Part shown: one piece after another, positions 1 to 10,064 of the stretch
Layout of the letters: every line of letters starts with the position of its first letter
Position numbering within the stretch: position 1 is the first letter of the stretch
Source: an uncultured Planctomycetaceae bacterium
GTDB lineage: Bacteria > Planctomycetota > Planctomycetia > Isosphaerales > Isosphaeraceae
NCBI GenBank assembly: GCA_963833985.1
Contig: CAWIAD010000002.1
Coordinates: 5,120,001-5,184,000 of the forward strand
Direction of reading: 5' to 3'
Length of the DNA: 64,000 nt
Notes under the pieces: generated by a model
The model's input: only the letters and a program-made list of their open reading frames with translations
Database searches by the model: none
Told to the model about the DNA's origin: nothing
Program-made: the position numbers and the translations under genes

Positions 1-969
1 CTGCAAGGCCCGCTCGGTCCCGAGCGACGCACGGGAGGAAACCCCAACGACTACCATCGCAAGACGGCGGGAGAGGTCCGCGAGGACTTTCTCTCATGGA
101 CGATGGGCCAGAAGGGCCGCCCGTTCTTCGCATTTCTCAACCTCTATGACGCACACGACCCGTACATCGCTCCGCCTGGCTTCGATCCCCGATTCAGCGA
201 ACTGCGGCGATCCGCCGCCGGGACGGCTCTCCTGGAACGCTGGTTCATCCACGACAAGAAAACGCTCCATCCCGATCAGCTCCAGTTTGTCATCGATGCC
301 TACGACGACGGCATCGCTTATCTGGACGACCAGGTAGGGAAGCTCATGGACGATCTCGATCGGCTCGGGCTCCTCGAGAACACACTGGTCATCGTCACGG
401 CCGACCACGGTGAGCACCTCGGCGAGCACCAACTTTACGGGCATGCCAGCAGCCTCTACGACGCGGAGGTCCATGTGCCGCTCGTACTGCTGCTCCCTGG
501 CGCAAAGGCCGGAGGGCGCAGGATCACAGCACCGGTGAGCCTGCGCGACCTGGCCGCGACGGTTGCCGAGCTGACGGGTCTGGAAGCGAGTCCCTTGCCG
601 GGTCGATCGCTCACGCGATACTGGCGCGGCGATGCTGCGGTGACGGCTGAGCTTTCGCTCTGTGAAGTCGATGCCCCGGTGGCCAGCGCGCCGAATCAGG
701 GCCGTTCGCCCGTCTTTCGCGGTCCCATGAAAGCCCTGGCGAGCGATTGCTATGTTTACATTCGCGGTGGCGGCGGACACGAGGAACTGTTCGACGTTGT
801 GGCCGATCCCGGGCAACAATCAGACCTCTCCGGCAGGCCCCAGGAGCAACGGAACCTGATCCGGTTACGCAGCGCGCTCGAGCATCTTCTGGAGAGCCGC
901 CATCGCCCCGGGAACGAGCCGTTCCGAGGGGTTCCCACACTCCGTTCAGGACTTCGCCACACTCAGTGA
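1..969 (+). CDS. Sulfatase-fold (alkaline phosphatase superfamily) protein, 5'-truncated by the window
   Basis: Frame open from base 1; RPFFAFLNLYDAHDPY, YDDGIAYLD, IVTADHGEHLGEH-x3-GH motifs; paralog of 2130..4043. Confidence 0.85.
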   Translation: MQGPLGPERRTGGNPNDYHRKTAGEVREDFLSWTMGQKGRPFFAFLNLYDAHDPYIAPPGFDPRFSELRRSAAGTALLERWFIHDKKTLHPDQLQFVIDAYDDGIAYLDDQVGKLMDDLDRLGLLENTLVIVTADHGEHLGEHQLYGHASSLYDAEVHVPLVLLLPGAKAGGRRITAPVSLRDLAATVAELTGLEASPLPGRSLTRYWRGDAAVTAELSLCEVDAPVASAPNQGRSPVFRGPMKALASDCYVYIRGGGGHEELFDVVADPGQQSDLSGRPQEQRNLIRLRSALEHLLESRHRPGNEPFRGVPTLRSGLRHTQ

Positions 970-2097
970 CAGCCCAGGGAGAGTGCCACGACGAAGCAGC
1001 TCGGATCGCAGCCGAGAGAACAGGGCGCGTTGCCCCCGGGCACTGGGATGACGATCCCACGCCGAGATCCGGAACTGCTTGAGTTCGAGGCGGTCGAAGG
1101 CAGCGGAAAGGTCGATGAAGTCCAGATCATGGCGTTGCGCCAGCCCCCGAATCAGCTCGGTGATCACCGGGCTCTGTCGCTTCTGATCGGCCCGCGGCAG
1201 GATCACCAGGGAGAGCGGAACACCCAACCTGTCGGCTTCGGTCTTCCACCCCGCGAACGCGCCCGCAAGCAGGAATTCATACTCTCCCCGGAGTTTGCGT
1301 CGCAGGGCATCAGGGCTGTCCGCGGCGGTCACGCCGGCTCGATGCAACGCCTGACGGACGTAGTCGAAGGGGATGGGGATGGTCGGGCTGCTGCGCACAA
1401 TCGCGTCCAGATGGTCTTCCTCGAGCGCGGAATCCAGCGGTGAGACGTCGCAGATAATCCAGTCCGCCTGATAGGATTCCGCTTCGTCATGAATTCGCAT
1501 CAGCCTGCGTGATGGGGACTCGCCGGGGAAGGCCAGGTTGACCACCTGGACGCGGGTCCTCTCTCCGACCCGCCCGTTCAGCCAACGTTCCAGGAGCCGC
1601 GGATAGGGAGCCCGATTGCCGACTCCATGCCCCATTGTATTGGAGGATCCGAAGACAAGGATCCGGTACACACCCGCGGGCTTCTCCAGCGGGATCTCTG
1701 GCGTGCGGTAGCCCAGGCTGTTGGTGCGAAAGCTTCGTCCATTCCAGCGCACATCGACGTTGGGCTTGAGCCGCCATAGCAGGTAAGAGCTTGTCCGTTC
1801 GAGCAGGCCCGTGTCGCAGAAAGGGATCCACCCGGGCGGAGGTTGCCGAAGGTCCGCTTCCAGCTTGAGGTCCGGCTGGCGGTCCATGAGCCTGGATGCA
1901 TCAAGAAGATTCTCGTAGTAACCGAGGGTCTCCCTGTAACCGAGCTCCTTTTGTAGACCCCCTCGCTCCATGAGGGTCTCGATGATCGTTGAATCCGGGG
2001 CAATCGATGCGGCGATGAGCAAGGCGATGGAAACCGGAGTGAGTAGCCCGTCTCGAAATCCCGGACCAGTAATGACACGGCGCAGCATCCGATCCAT
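946..2097 (-). CDS. SGNH/GDSL hydrolase-family protein with N-terminal membrane anchor
   Basis: RTNSLGYR, RILVFGSSNTMG (block I Ser), WDRHP (DxH); hydrophobic N-terminal segment. Confidence 0.75.
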   Translation of the reverse strand: MDRMLRRVITGPGFRDGLLTPVSIALLIAASIAPDSTIIETLMERGGLQKELGYRETLGYYENLLDASRLMDRQPDLKLEADLRQPPPGWIPFCDTGLLERTSSYLLWRLKPNVDVRWNGRSFRTNSLGYRTPEIPLEKPAGVYRILVFGSSNTMGHGVGNRAPYPRLLERWLNGRVGERTRVQVVNLAFPGESPSRRLMRIHDEAESYQADWIICDVSPLDSALEEDHLDAIVRSSPTIPIPFDYVRQALHRAGVTAADSPDALRRKLRGEYEFLLAGAFAGWKTEADRLGVPLSLVILPRADQKRQSPVITELIRGLAQRHDLDFIDLSAAFDRLELKQFRISAWDRHPSARGQRALFSRLRSELLRRGTLPGLSLSVAKS

Positions 2098-2129
2098 TCC
2101 TTTCTGGACTCAGATCCCTGAATCCAGTT

Positions 2130-4043
2130 CTATTCCGCCATCAGAGACCGCAGCGTGTCCCTCAACCCCGGCATGGTCTTCGAGCTGCTGGCTGATCCGG
2201 CCAGATCGTGTCGCTCTTCCGGGTCGCCATCAAGGTCGTACAGTTCTTCACGGCCGTCGGCATTGCGAATATATGTACTGCCCATGGCCGCAATGGCGGC
2301 CATCGGCCCGCGCCACGCCGGGGGACGGTTCGGGTTTCTGGAGATCTTCTCGCGGAGAGTGACCTCGCTGAGCACCCCCGTGGCGAAAGGAGGTTGTGCG
2401 CCCGGGCGAGGATGCCAGTGCTGCACCAGTGAGCTGCCCGGGAACGGCGAATCCGCGCTCGCCTTCAGGAGGTCAACGACCGTGGCGGGCAAGTCGCGCA
2501 GGCTCACCGGTTCGGAGATGGTCTGGCCAGCCGCGGCTCCTCCGGGAACAAGGATCAACAGCGGTACGCGCAGCTCTGGAGCATAAAGGCTCTTGCCGTG
2601 GCCGTAGAGCTGGTGCTCGCCCAGCTCCTCGCCATGATCGGAGGTGATGATGACGAGCGTATTCTTGAGCAGCCCGCGCCGTTCGAGGTCGTCCACGAGC
2701 TTGCCGATCTGTGCGTCCAGGTAGGCGATACAGTCGTCGTAGGCGTCGCTGACCAGAATCCTGTCGCGCTCGGCAATATCCCGCTTGGGCCGGTTCTCCC
2801 AGTCCTGCAAGAGCTCGAACTCAGCAGTGCTCCGGGCACGGCAAAAGCGGGCCTTGACACCTTCGGGCAGGATGTATGGGGAGTGGGCGTCGAAGAAGTT
2901 GAGAAACGCGAAGAAGGGCCGCCCTGGCTCTTGATCGCCCAGCCAGTCCAGGAAATCATTGCTGATCTCCTCGGCATCCTTGCGTTGCCGCCCGGTGGAG
3001 AGCGGCAGGTGCACCAGGCGCAGCAGGCAGCGCCCCAGCGAGGATGTGCGCAGCGTCTCGGTGACCGAGACCACCAGATCCTCGTCGTAGAAGTCTTCAT
3101 AATGTGCGAAGCCCCGGCTCAAGCCGTACCAGGAATTGCAGAAATAGGTGTTGGCCACGAACCCCGCCGTGAGGTAACCACGCGTGGCGAGGAACGCGGC
3201 GAGCGTGGGCGGGCCATCATCCAGGGGCCGGTCCTCGCCGACCTCGGTCTGGTGGGGCCAGAGACCGGTGAACATGCTCGCGTGCGAAGGCAGGGTCCAG
3301 GGAGCCGTGGCACGGGCCTGATCAAAACGCACGCCCCGTGCCGCAAGCCGTTCCAGGTTCGGCGTGGTGGCTCGATGGTAGCCGTGCAAGCTGAGATGGT
3401 CCGCCCGGACCGTATCCATGACCATCAGGACCACGTTCATGGCGCCAGGAGATGCCGCGGGAGATGTGAGCGAAGCCCACCGCTGTCCCATCAAGGACCG
3501 AGCTCCGTTCCATCCGCAGAGCGCGGTCGAGGCGACCACCAGCACCGGAAGGCTGTTCCAGACCAGACGCCAGAAGGCCTGGGCGGAGACCGCGATGCCG
3601 CGGGCGGTCACCGTGGCACACGCCGCGGCGAGAGCGACGTACGCAATAGCATAGAGACCGGGGATCAAGAGCAGCAGGGCAAGAAAAGTGGGAAAGCTGA
3701 GAAGCAAAACGCCATGACGAATTCCGAACGACGGCCAGACCCGTGTGACGAAACCGACGGTGATACCCCAGCCCACGAAGAGGACCAGGTTCGTCAGCGG
3801 GATCATCCAGCCGAAATGCCGGCTCATCTGCAGGCTGCTCAACGACGACCAGCCCAGCACGTGGCTCCGCGCATAGAGCAGACCAAGCTCCAGCAAACCC
3901 GTGACCGCTCCAAACCAGACCGCCAGCACGCAAGGCGAAACGATGGTCCAGGACGCCTGGGACTTCCCCCTGCCTCCGCCCTGCCAGTCCTCCCCGAAGC
4001 GCAGGCCCAGACCCAGGTATGCAACTCGGTTCAAGCTCGTCAT
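2130..4043 (-). CDS. Membrane-anchored sulfatase-fold protein (Thr at the nucleophile position)
   Basis: About 5 N-terminal TM segments, VMDTVRADH, APWTLPSHASMFTG, TSDHGE...GHG. Confidence 0.88.
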   Translation of the reverse strand: MTSLNRVAYLGLGLRFGEDWQGGGRGKSQASWTIVSPCVLAVWFGAVTGLLELGLLYARSHVLGWSSLSSLQMSRHFGWMIPLTNLVLFVGWGITVGFVTRVWPSFGIRHGVLLLSFPTFLALLLLIPGLYAIAYVALAAACATVTARGIAVSAQAFWRLVWNSLPVLVVASTALCGWNGARSLMGQRWASLTSPAASPGAMNVVLMVMDTVRADHLSLHGYHRATTPNLERLAARGVRFDQARATAPWTLPSHASMFTGLWPHQTEVGEDRPLDDGPPTLAAFLATRGYLTAGFVANTYFCNSWYGLSRGFAHYEDFYDEDLVVSVTETLRTSSLGRCLLRLVHLPLSTGRQRKDAEEISNDFLDWLGDQEPGRPFFAFLNFFDAHSPYILPEGVKARFCRARSTAEFELLQDWENRPKRDIAERDRILVSDAYDDCIAYLDAQIGKLVDDLERRGLLKNTLVIITSDHGEELGEHQLYGHGKSLYAPELRVPLLILVPGGAAAGQTISEPVSLRDLPATVVDLLKASADSPFPGSSLVQHWHPRPGAQPPFATGVLSEVTLREKISRNPNRPPAWRGPMAAIAAMGSTYIRNADGREELYDLDGDPEERHDLAGSASSSKTMPGLRDTLRSLMAE

Positions 4044-4306
4044 GCGATGGTACTCCCCGCTCTGGACGCGAGTCGCGGGTTGGCCGGGCGCCTCAAGCGA
4101 TCATGTGCGATGTGGCGAGTGCGGAGTCGCCGCGGTTGGAACGCCCAAAGGTCCGATCAAACCGGGATGATACTACTATCCCTTTAGTCCGGATCGGGGA
4201 ACCCCAATTCCGGAACGCTGGCAGTCCTGCAATCGTGCGTTGTGCCACCTCGGAGCGGGTTGCTCCTGGCGCTCTTCCAGGCAAGTCAATCGCACGCGTT
4301 GCGAAT

Positions 4307-4339
4307 GCCGGAAGGCGGGATTGGACGCCGCCTTCCGGC
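4307..4339. other. Perfect 12-bp inverted repeat (hairpin) in intergenic DNA
   Basis: GCCGGAAGGCGG-9nt-CCGCCTTCCGGC; no U-tract, function unknown. Confidence 0.45.
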
Positions 4340-4881
4340 CTACCCGGGAGAGCCTGGCCCCTCAGAGTGAAGCGCCCGATTCCCGGCGGTTCATTCGAGT
4401 GAGAACGAACCTGTGAATACCTGGTTCAGAACCGGCCGGGCCGCATGAAGCCAGTAGCGACGGTGCGCAGCGAGCAGACGCCGGCCGCGGTGAGGTTGGC
4501 CACGGTTGCACGCAACGCGCAGAACCGCTGCATCGTCCTGAATACTCCCTGGACCGAATCCATCGGACCGACTCCTTTCAGCCGAGAATTGCCGTCCGCT
4601 AACCGAGCGGATCGCCTTCCTCACCCAGGAGCGTAAATCAGCGCCGGCAGCGCCGAAAAAACGGCAAGAATCGCGAGACTGCCAGGAAATGAGCTCTGCC
4701 CAATGGCGCGTGCGGGAATCCTTATCAGAACCAGCGGCAGACCGTGGTCGCAACGTGAGGCAACCACGGCATCACGCGCGAACTCGCACGGTCTCCAGGC
4801 CAAGCGGCCGGAATGGAGCGTACGTTCGGGGGCAGGCGTGTGGCGACAGGGTATCGCCGGAGCGTAGCGGCACGTGGCGGA

Positions 4882-5289
4882 TCACGACTTGCCTTTTTTC
4901 CGAGGATGTCCGCCGGTCATCTCGTCGAGCACGGCGCGGACTTCCTTGGCCTGGCTGGCATCCAGTGGATGCGATTTCAGGAGATGAAGTACGAGCAAGC
5001 CTGGCTCTCCCTGGTAGAGCTTGTCCACCAGATTGGAAAGCCGCCGTTGCCGCACTTCGTGGGACGAGATTGCGGGACGGTACACAAAGGCCAGGTCGCT
5101 CCGATCGCTGGTCACAAGGCCCTTGGATTCCAGCCGGTCGAGCAGTGTGGCCACCGTGGCGTACGACCATTGACGTCCCGCCGCCCGGAGCGTCTCCAGG
5201 GCCTCGCGGACCGTCGCCTGGCCTCTTTCCCAGAGCACTTTCAGGACATCAAGCTCGGAGTCGGGAATTGTTGGCGGGCGTTTGGCCAT
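4882..5289 (-). CDS. BlaI/MecI/CopY family transcriptional repressor
   Basis: SELDVLKVLWERGQATVRE...SYATVATLLDRLESKGLV winged-helix signature. Confidence 0.92.
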   Translation of the reverse strand: MAKRPPTIPDSELDVLKVLWERGQATVREALETLRAAGRQWSYATVATLLDRLESKGLVTSDRSDLAFVYRPAISSHEVRQRRLSNLVDKLYQGEPGLLVLHLLKSHPLDASQAKEVRAVLDEMTGGHPRKKGKS

Positions 5290-5395
5290 CGGAAGTGATC
5301 TCGCCAGGGATTTCGAAGACCTAACCATGTATCGGATACAGATTACGGCCGATCGCCGGGCCGGGGCCGGAACGGACCTTCATCAATCAGGGTGT

Positions 5396-5424
5396 ATCCT
5401 AAGACAGTTGTCTCACAACGTCAA
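5396..5424 (-). promoter_or_regulatory. sigma70-type promoter of the BlaI-family gene with a palindromic operator in the spacer
   Basis: Minus strand TTGACG-17bp-TAGGAT; palindrome AGACA-GT-TGTCT at 5402-5413 resembles the BlaI/CopY TACA-NN-TGTA box. Confidence 0.6.
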
Positions 5425-5615
5425 TCCCCCACCGGCAACTCTCCTGACAAGCGTCGTGAAGCGTTCTTCTTGTTGCACCCGATATCGGCCCGCGCGTGAG
5501 CGTTTTATAATCGAGGGACGCGTGCGAATACCCGAGGGGATCTCGGACGTGGTTCGAGGCACGTGATCCCCGCGACTGCGGCGTGGGCAACCATGAGTTC
5601 TTGCTGGAGTTTACG

Positions 5616-6074
5616 ATGAAGCGACAGATCGCTTTGGGAATGGCGCTGGGACTGCCACTGGCTCTCGGGGTCTGGGGATGCAACGGCGACCAGGTGGAAT
5701 CAGGAGTCAAGACCTCCGGTGCCAAGCTGGAAAAGGCCGGCGGAGCCATCGAGTCGGGCACGAAGAACCTGGGCGAGAAGATCAAGGAATCCGGCGCGGG
5801 CTCCAAGCTGGAAGGTGCTGCGGCCACGACCGGATCCGTGATCGAGAAGGGCGGCGAAAAGACCCGCGAGGTGCTCGACAAGACTGGCGAGAAGCTCAAG
5901 CAGGTCGCTCCCGAGGCGGGCAAGGCAGTGGACAAGGCGGGCGAGAACATCAAGAAAATCGAGCAAAAGGCTGGCGCCGCAGTCAAGGACATCAAGGAAA
6001 AGACCAGGGAGACCATCAAGGACATCAAGGACAAGGCCAAGGACGTGATCAACAAGGACACCGGGAAGAGCTGA
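5616..6074 (+). CDS. Lys/Glu-rich amphipathic-helix lipoprotein (LEA/YtxH-like)
   Basis: Signal peptide ending VWGC (lipobox-like), followed by repetitive K/E/G/A helices; TATAAT at 5506-5511 upstream. Confidence 0.75.
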   Translation: MKRQIALGMALGLPLALGVWGCNGDQVESGVKTSGAKLEKAGGAIESGTKNLGEKIKESGAGSKLEGAAATTGSVIEKGGEKTREVLDKTGEKLKQVAPEAGKAVDKAGENIKKIEQKAGAAVKDIKEKTRETIKDIKDKAKDVINKDTGKS

Positions 6075-6093
6075 CCCGGAGAGCATGCGGGCC

Positions 6094-6124
6094 GCACGCC
6101 GGGGGCTGCTCCGCCCCGGCGTGT
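6094..6124 (+). terminator. GC-rich hairpin after the lipoprotein gene
   Basis: GCACGCCGGGG/CCCCGGCGTGT stem 20 nt after the stop; no U-tract. Confidence 0.35.
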
Positions 6125-6275
6125 GCGCTGGCTTGCGCTCGGTCCGCTCTGGACCCAAATCTCCCGAACATGGACTGTTCCCCGAAAATCATCGGGGATA
6201 GACTGGCCTGTTGAAGCACATCGCTTGCGAGTGCCGAGGCTGGGTCGTCCTCATCACGGGACGAGGAGACAGGCA

Positions 6276-7533
6276 ATGGGCCAGACAGCCAGTGCCGGGA
6301 TCACGCACGACCTCCGTTGTCCCGACTGCGCGACTGATCTGGAACTGGCCTCCACCGGCATCCAGGGCCTGTTGCGGCTCTCCTGCCCCGGCTGCGGCAG
6401 CCGGTTTCGGGCGGCAACTCCCGCTTCCTCCAGCGTGAACGGCAAGGCGAGGGTGCCGGCGATGCCTCTGAAGTCGCCCACGGTCGGCCCTCTGGCCCTC
6501 CGCTGGCGCAGCTTGATCCTGCGGATCATGGAACGCCTCTACTGGTCGGTGACCGTGGCCGGCTCGGTCATATTACTTGCCTGTGGCGGGATCGTGCCGG
6601 TGCTGCGCGGCTGGCTGGACGAGGAGATCTTCACATGGGCCGACGTGGTCCGCACCTTGGGCGGCATCTGGTTCTCGATGGAGACGAGGGACCCTGATTC
6701 CGACCTGGGCCCGGTGCTGGCTCGGGTGGATGCGCCACTCCTCTTCTCATCCATCGATACGGTCGCCAGGAAGCTGGGGGTGCGGCCCCCGGGACAGGTG
6801 CGCCTGACGTATCTGCCCTGCTGCGGCGTCGTGGCCTGGGGGCGCTCGCAGGCGCTGATCATCGGCCTGCCGCTCCTGCGTGTGCTCACGCAGGTCGAGC
6901 TTCGTGCCGTTCTGGCCCACGAACTGGCCCACCTGGCCCGCGGCGACGCCACCCGTGCCGCCCGCTCCGCACGTTTTGTGGAGGGGCTGGAGCTGGCACT
7001 CGAGCAGGCCGGGCATCGAGCTCGCGGTCTTCTGGGTGCCTGGGCGCGGTACTGCCTGAATGAGGGTTCGTGGCTGATCGAGCCGGTCGCGCGCGGCCAG
7101 GAAGCGCGCCGCCGACCGGATGGCGGCAATCATCGCCGGCGGCGGAGCAGCCGCCTCGGCGCTCGTCAAGGTGGCCGTGGTCCAACCGCTCTTTCGCGAG
7201 GTCCTCGAACATTACGACCCCAATCGTCCGGATTTGCCAAACCTCTACGCCTTCTTCCGGGCCTTCTGGTATCGGCTGCCGCTGGAGTCCCTCTCGGCGA
7301 TGCGGCTGCACGTTCTCTCAAACCGCCACGGCACCTACGACCCGGCTCATCCCTCACTTCCTGATCGTCTTGCGCTCATCCAGTCCTACGGCGACCCGGC
7401 CTGCGTCAACGGCGACAACCAGCCGGCAACGACCTTTCTGGGCGACCTGGAAATCTTCGAGCAAATGCTCCACAACCGGCTCTTCGGCCTGCCCAGCATC
7501 GAGCCCACCGTGTTTCACCGCGCCGGATCGTGA
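6276..7533 (+). CDS. M48-family zinc metallopeptidase with N-terminal zinc ribbon (frameshift ~7110)
   Basis: CPDC..CPGC, TM segment, ELRAVLAHELAH (HExxH), ExRAD split by a +1 shift, HPSLPDRL in ORF 7120..7533. Confidence 0.8.
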
Positions 7534-7940
7534 GAGCCCGTTGCGACTTGTTTCCTGGCCGAGAGCAGAGAGAGCGCCAGGTAGAAGAAAGGAATCGCCA
7601 GCACGCCGACAATGAAGAGCAAGGTTACACGGGTTGCCCCGGTGCTCCCCCAGAGACTCGACGGGAAGCAGAGCGGGTGAATCGCCACAGCCAGCGCCAT
7701 GCACACCGACGCGAACACTAGTCCCACAATCAAACGGTCTTTTCCGGGACCGCTGCGGACCAGCGGAAACGCGGTCAGGGCCAGGACGAGTGGTATGCCG
7801 ACGCTTTCGCCCATCAAGACATACGACCAGGAAATGGCTCCCGCCTCCGCCCAACGAACGAACGGTGCCACACAGAGCATCACAACAGCCGCAAAGACGA
7901 CCAACTTCATCATCTGAAAAAGTGTGAGTCTGGGCTTCAC
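7515..7940 (-). CDS. Hypothetical membrane protein (about 4 TM)
   Basis: Four hydrophobic stretches; fills the gap between convergent and divergent neighbours. Confidence 0.6.
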   Translation of the reverse strand: MKPRLTLFQMMKLVVFAAVVMLCVAPFVRWAEAGAISWSYVLMGESVGIPLVLALTAFPLVRSGPGKDRLIVGLVFASVCMALAVAIHPLCFPSSLWGSTGATRVTLLFIVGVLAIPFFYLALSLLSARKQVATGSHDPAR

Positions 7941-8163
7941 AGCTGCACTGCACAGAACGTCGAGGGATGTATTGCCTCCCAGAGTCTAACTCTACTGGTT
8001 TTGGACGTGCAACCGGTTCACCACCGAGTGACCATGCTTCGCGTGCACTTCCGGAAATCATGGCCCTCGGATATTCTCTGGTGCGCGGGATGAGTCCGTC
8101 TCGTCTCCCGACCGGGCGCGGTCTCATGGAGCATCCCCTCTCTGCTGAGCCAGGTGCAACCTC

Positions 8164-10055
8164 ATGTCTCCCGATTTGCAGGCTGCGATCGAGCACCATC
8201 GACACGGCCGCCTCGAGCAGGCAGCGCGTCTGTACGAATGCGCCCTGGGCGAGACACCTGAGCATCCCGAGATCCTCCACCTGCTCGGTCTGGTCACCCT
8301 CCAGCGGGGGGAGCCGGCGCGGGCCGTCGCACTCATCAGCCGCGCGATTGAGAACCGGCCGCGCGAGGCAAGCTATCACGGCACCCTGGCTGAGGCGTAC
8401 TGGACGCTCGGGCAACTGGATCGCACGGTCGCTGCTTACCGCTCAGCCCTGGCGCTTCAGCCCGACCATCCCGACTACCACTGCAATCTCGGAGCGACGC
8501 TCATCGACCTGGGTGCATTTGACGAGGCGAGCCGCCACTTTCGCGCGGCGATCGAGCTCAATCCCGGGTTCGCTGCCGCTCATAACAATCTGGGGAACGC
8601 ACTCCGGCTGCTGGGGAATCGGCAGGGTGCCATCGACCATTTCCGCAGGGCGGCGGAGCTGGACCCGCTGTCGGCCGAGGCCCGCAGCAACCTCGGGGAG
8701 CTGCTGCTGGAACTGGGTCAGCCGGAAGCCGCTCGACCATACTGCCAGGAGGCCGTTCGGCTGCGTCCCGATTTCACCCTCGCGCGAGTCATACTGGGCA
8801 ATGTTCTTCAAAGCCTGGGAGAGTTCGAGGACGCCCGTGCCTGCTTCTTGCAGGCCAGCAGCCAGCAGCCGTGTCTTGCCGGCCCCCACGCCGCGCTCGG
8901 AGGCTTGCTCGAAGAAATGGGCGATCTTGATGGCTCCGAGCGAGAACTCCGCGAGGCGCTTCGCCTGGACCCACGGCACGCCGGCGCCCTGGCCAGACTG
9001 GCGACGCGGCTCCGCGGCCAGCTACCTGCCGCCGACCGCGCCACGATCGCAGACTTGCTGGCCGACACCAGCCTGACGTCTCGGAGTCGCTGGACTCTCC
9101 AGTTCGCCCGCGCCCAGGTCGAAGACGCCTGTGGTAATTACTTGCAGGCCGTGGAATGCGCCGCGCCGCCAACGCACTCCAGAAATCTGACTTCGAGCAA
9201 CAGGGCAAGACCTACGACCCCGAGGCCCACAGAGCGTTTGTTGATCGTCTCCTCAACGCCTTCGACCGCGACCATTTCGCGCGGGTTCGTGGCTTCGGAC
9301 TGCCCACCCGACGGCCCGTCTTCGTGGTTGGCTTGCCCCGCTCCGGAACCACCCTGGTTGAGCAGGTCCTCTCCAGCCACCACAGAGTTTTCGGCGCAGG
9401 CGAGTTGCGGCTGGTTCATGACGTCTTCGAGGAACTTCCTGAGGTCTGCGGACGGCAAGCCACGGCACTCGACTGCCTTTCGCAACTCGACAGCGACGTG
9501 GTGCGCTCCCTCGCCACACGCCATGACGGGGCCCTGTCATCGATGGGCTTCGGTGCGGACCGGGTTGTGGACAAGATGCCCGAGAACACGCTTTATCTCG
9601 GCTGGATCGCAACGCTCTTTCCTCAGGCAATTGTCATTTGCTGCCACCGCGATCTGCGCGACGTGGCTCTTTCATGCTGGCTGACCCACCTTGCCCAGGT
9701 GCGCTGGGCCTGTGACCTGGACCATATCGCGTCACGCATCGGCGAGCACGCCCGGCTGATGAAGCACTGGCGTTCCGTCTTGCCGACGCCGATCCTGGAA
9801 ATCAACTACGAGTTGCTCGTGGCTGAACCGGACCATCAGATACGCCAGCTGGTACACTGGTGTGGCCTGGAATGGGACCCCGCTTGCCTGAACTTTCACA
9901 AGCAAGAGCGCCCGGTTCGCACAGCCAGCGCCGCGCAGGTGCGGCGACCGGTCCATCGCCGCTCGGTGGGCCGATGGAAGAATTACGAGTCGTGGCTCGG
10001 GTCTTTCTTTGAGCGAATCGATCCTGGGCCGGGATCATTGGCCGCCAGTCGCTGA
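8164..10055 (+). CDS. TPR-repeat sulfotransferase (frameshift ~9160)
   Basis: Multiple TPRs (AHNNLGNAL), then PVFVVGLPRSGTTLVEQ PAPS motif, DKMPEN, VRTASAAQVR. Confidence 0.88.
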
Positions 10056-10064
10056 AGCTGCGCA

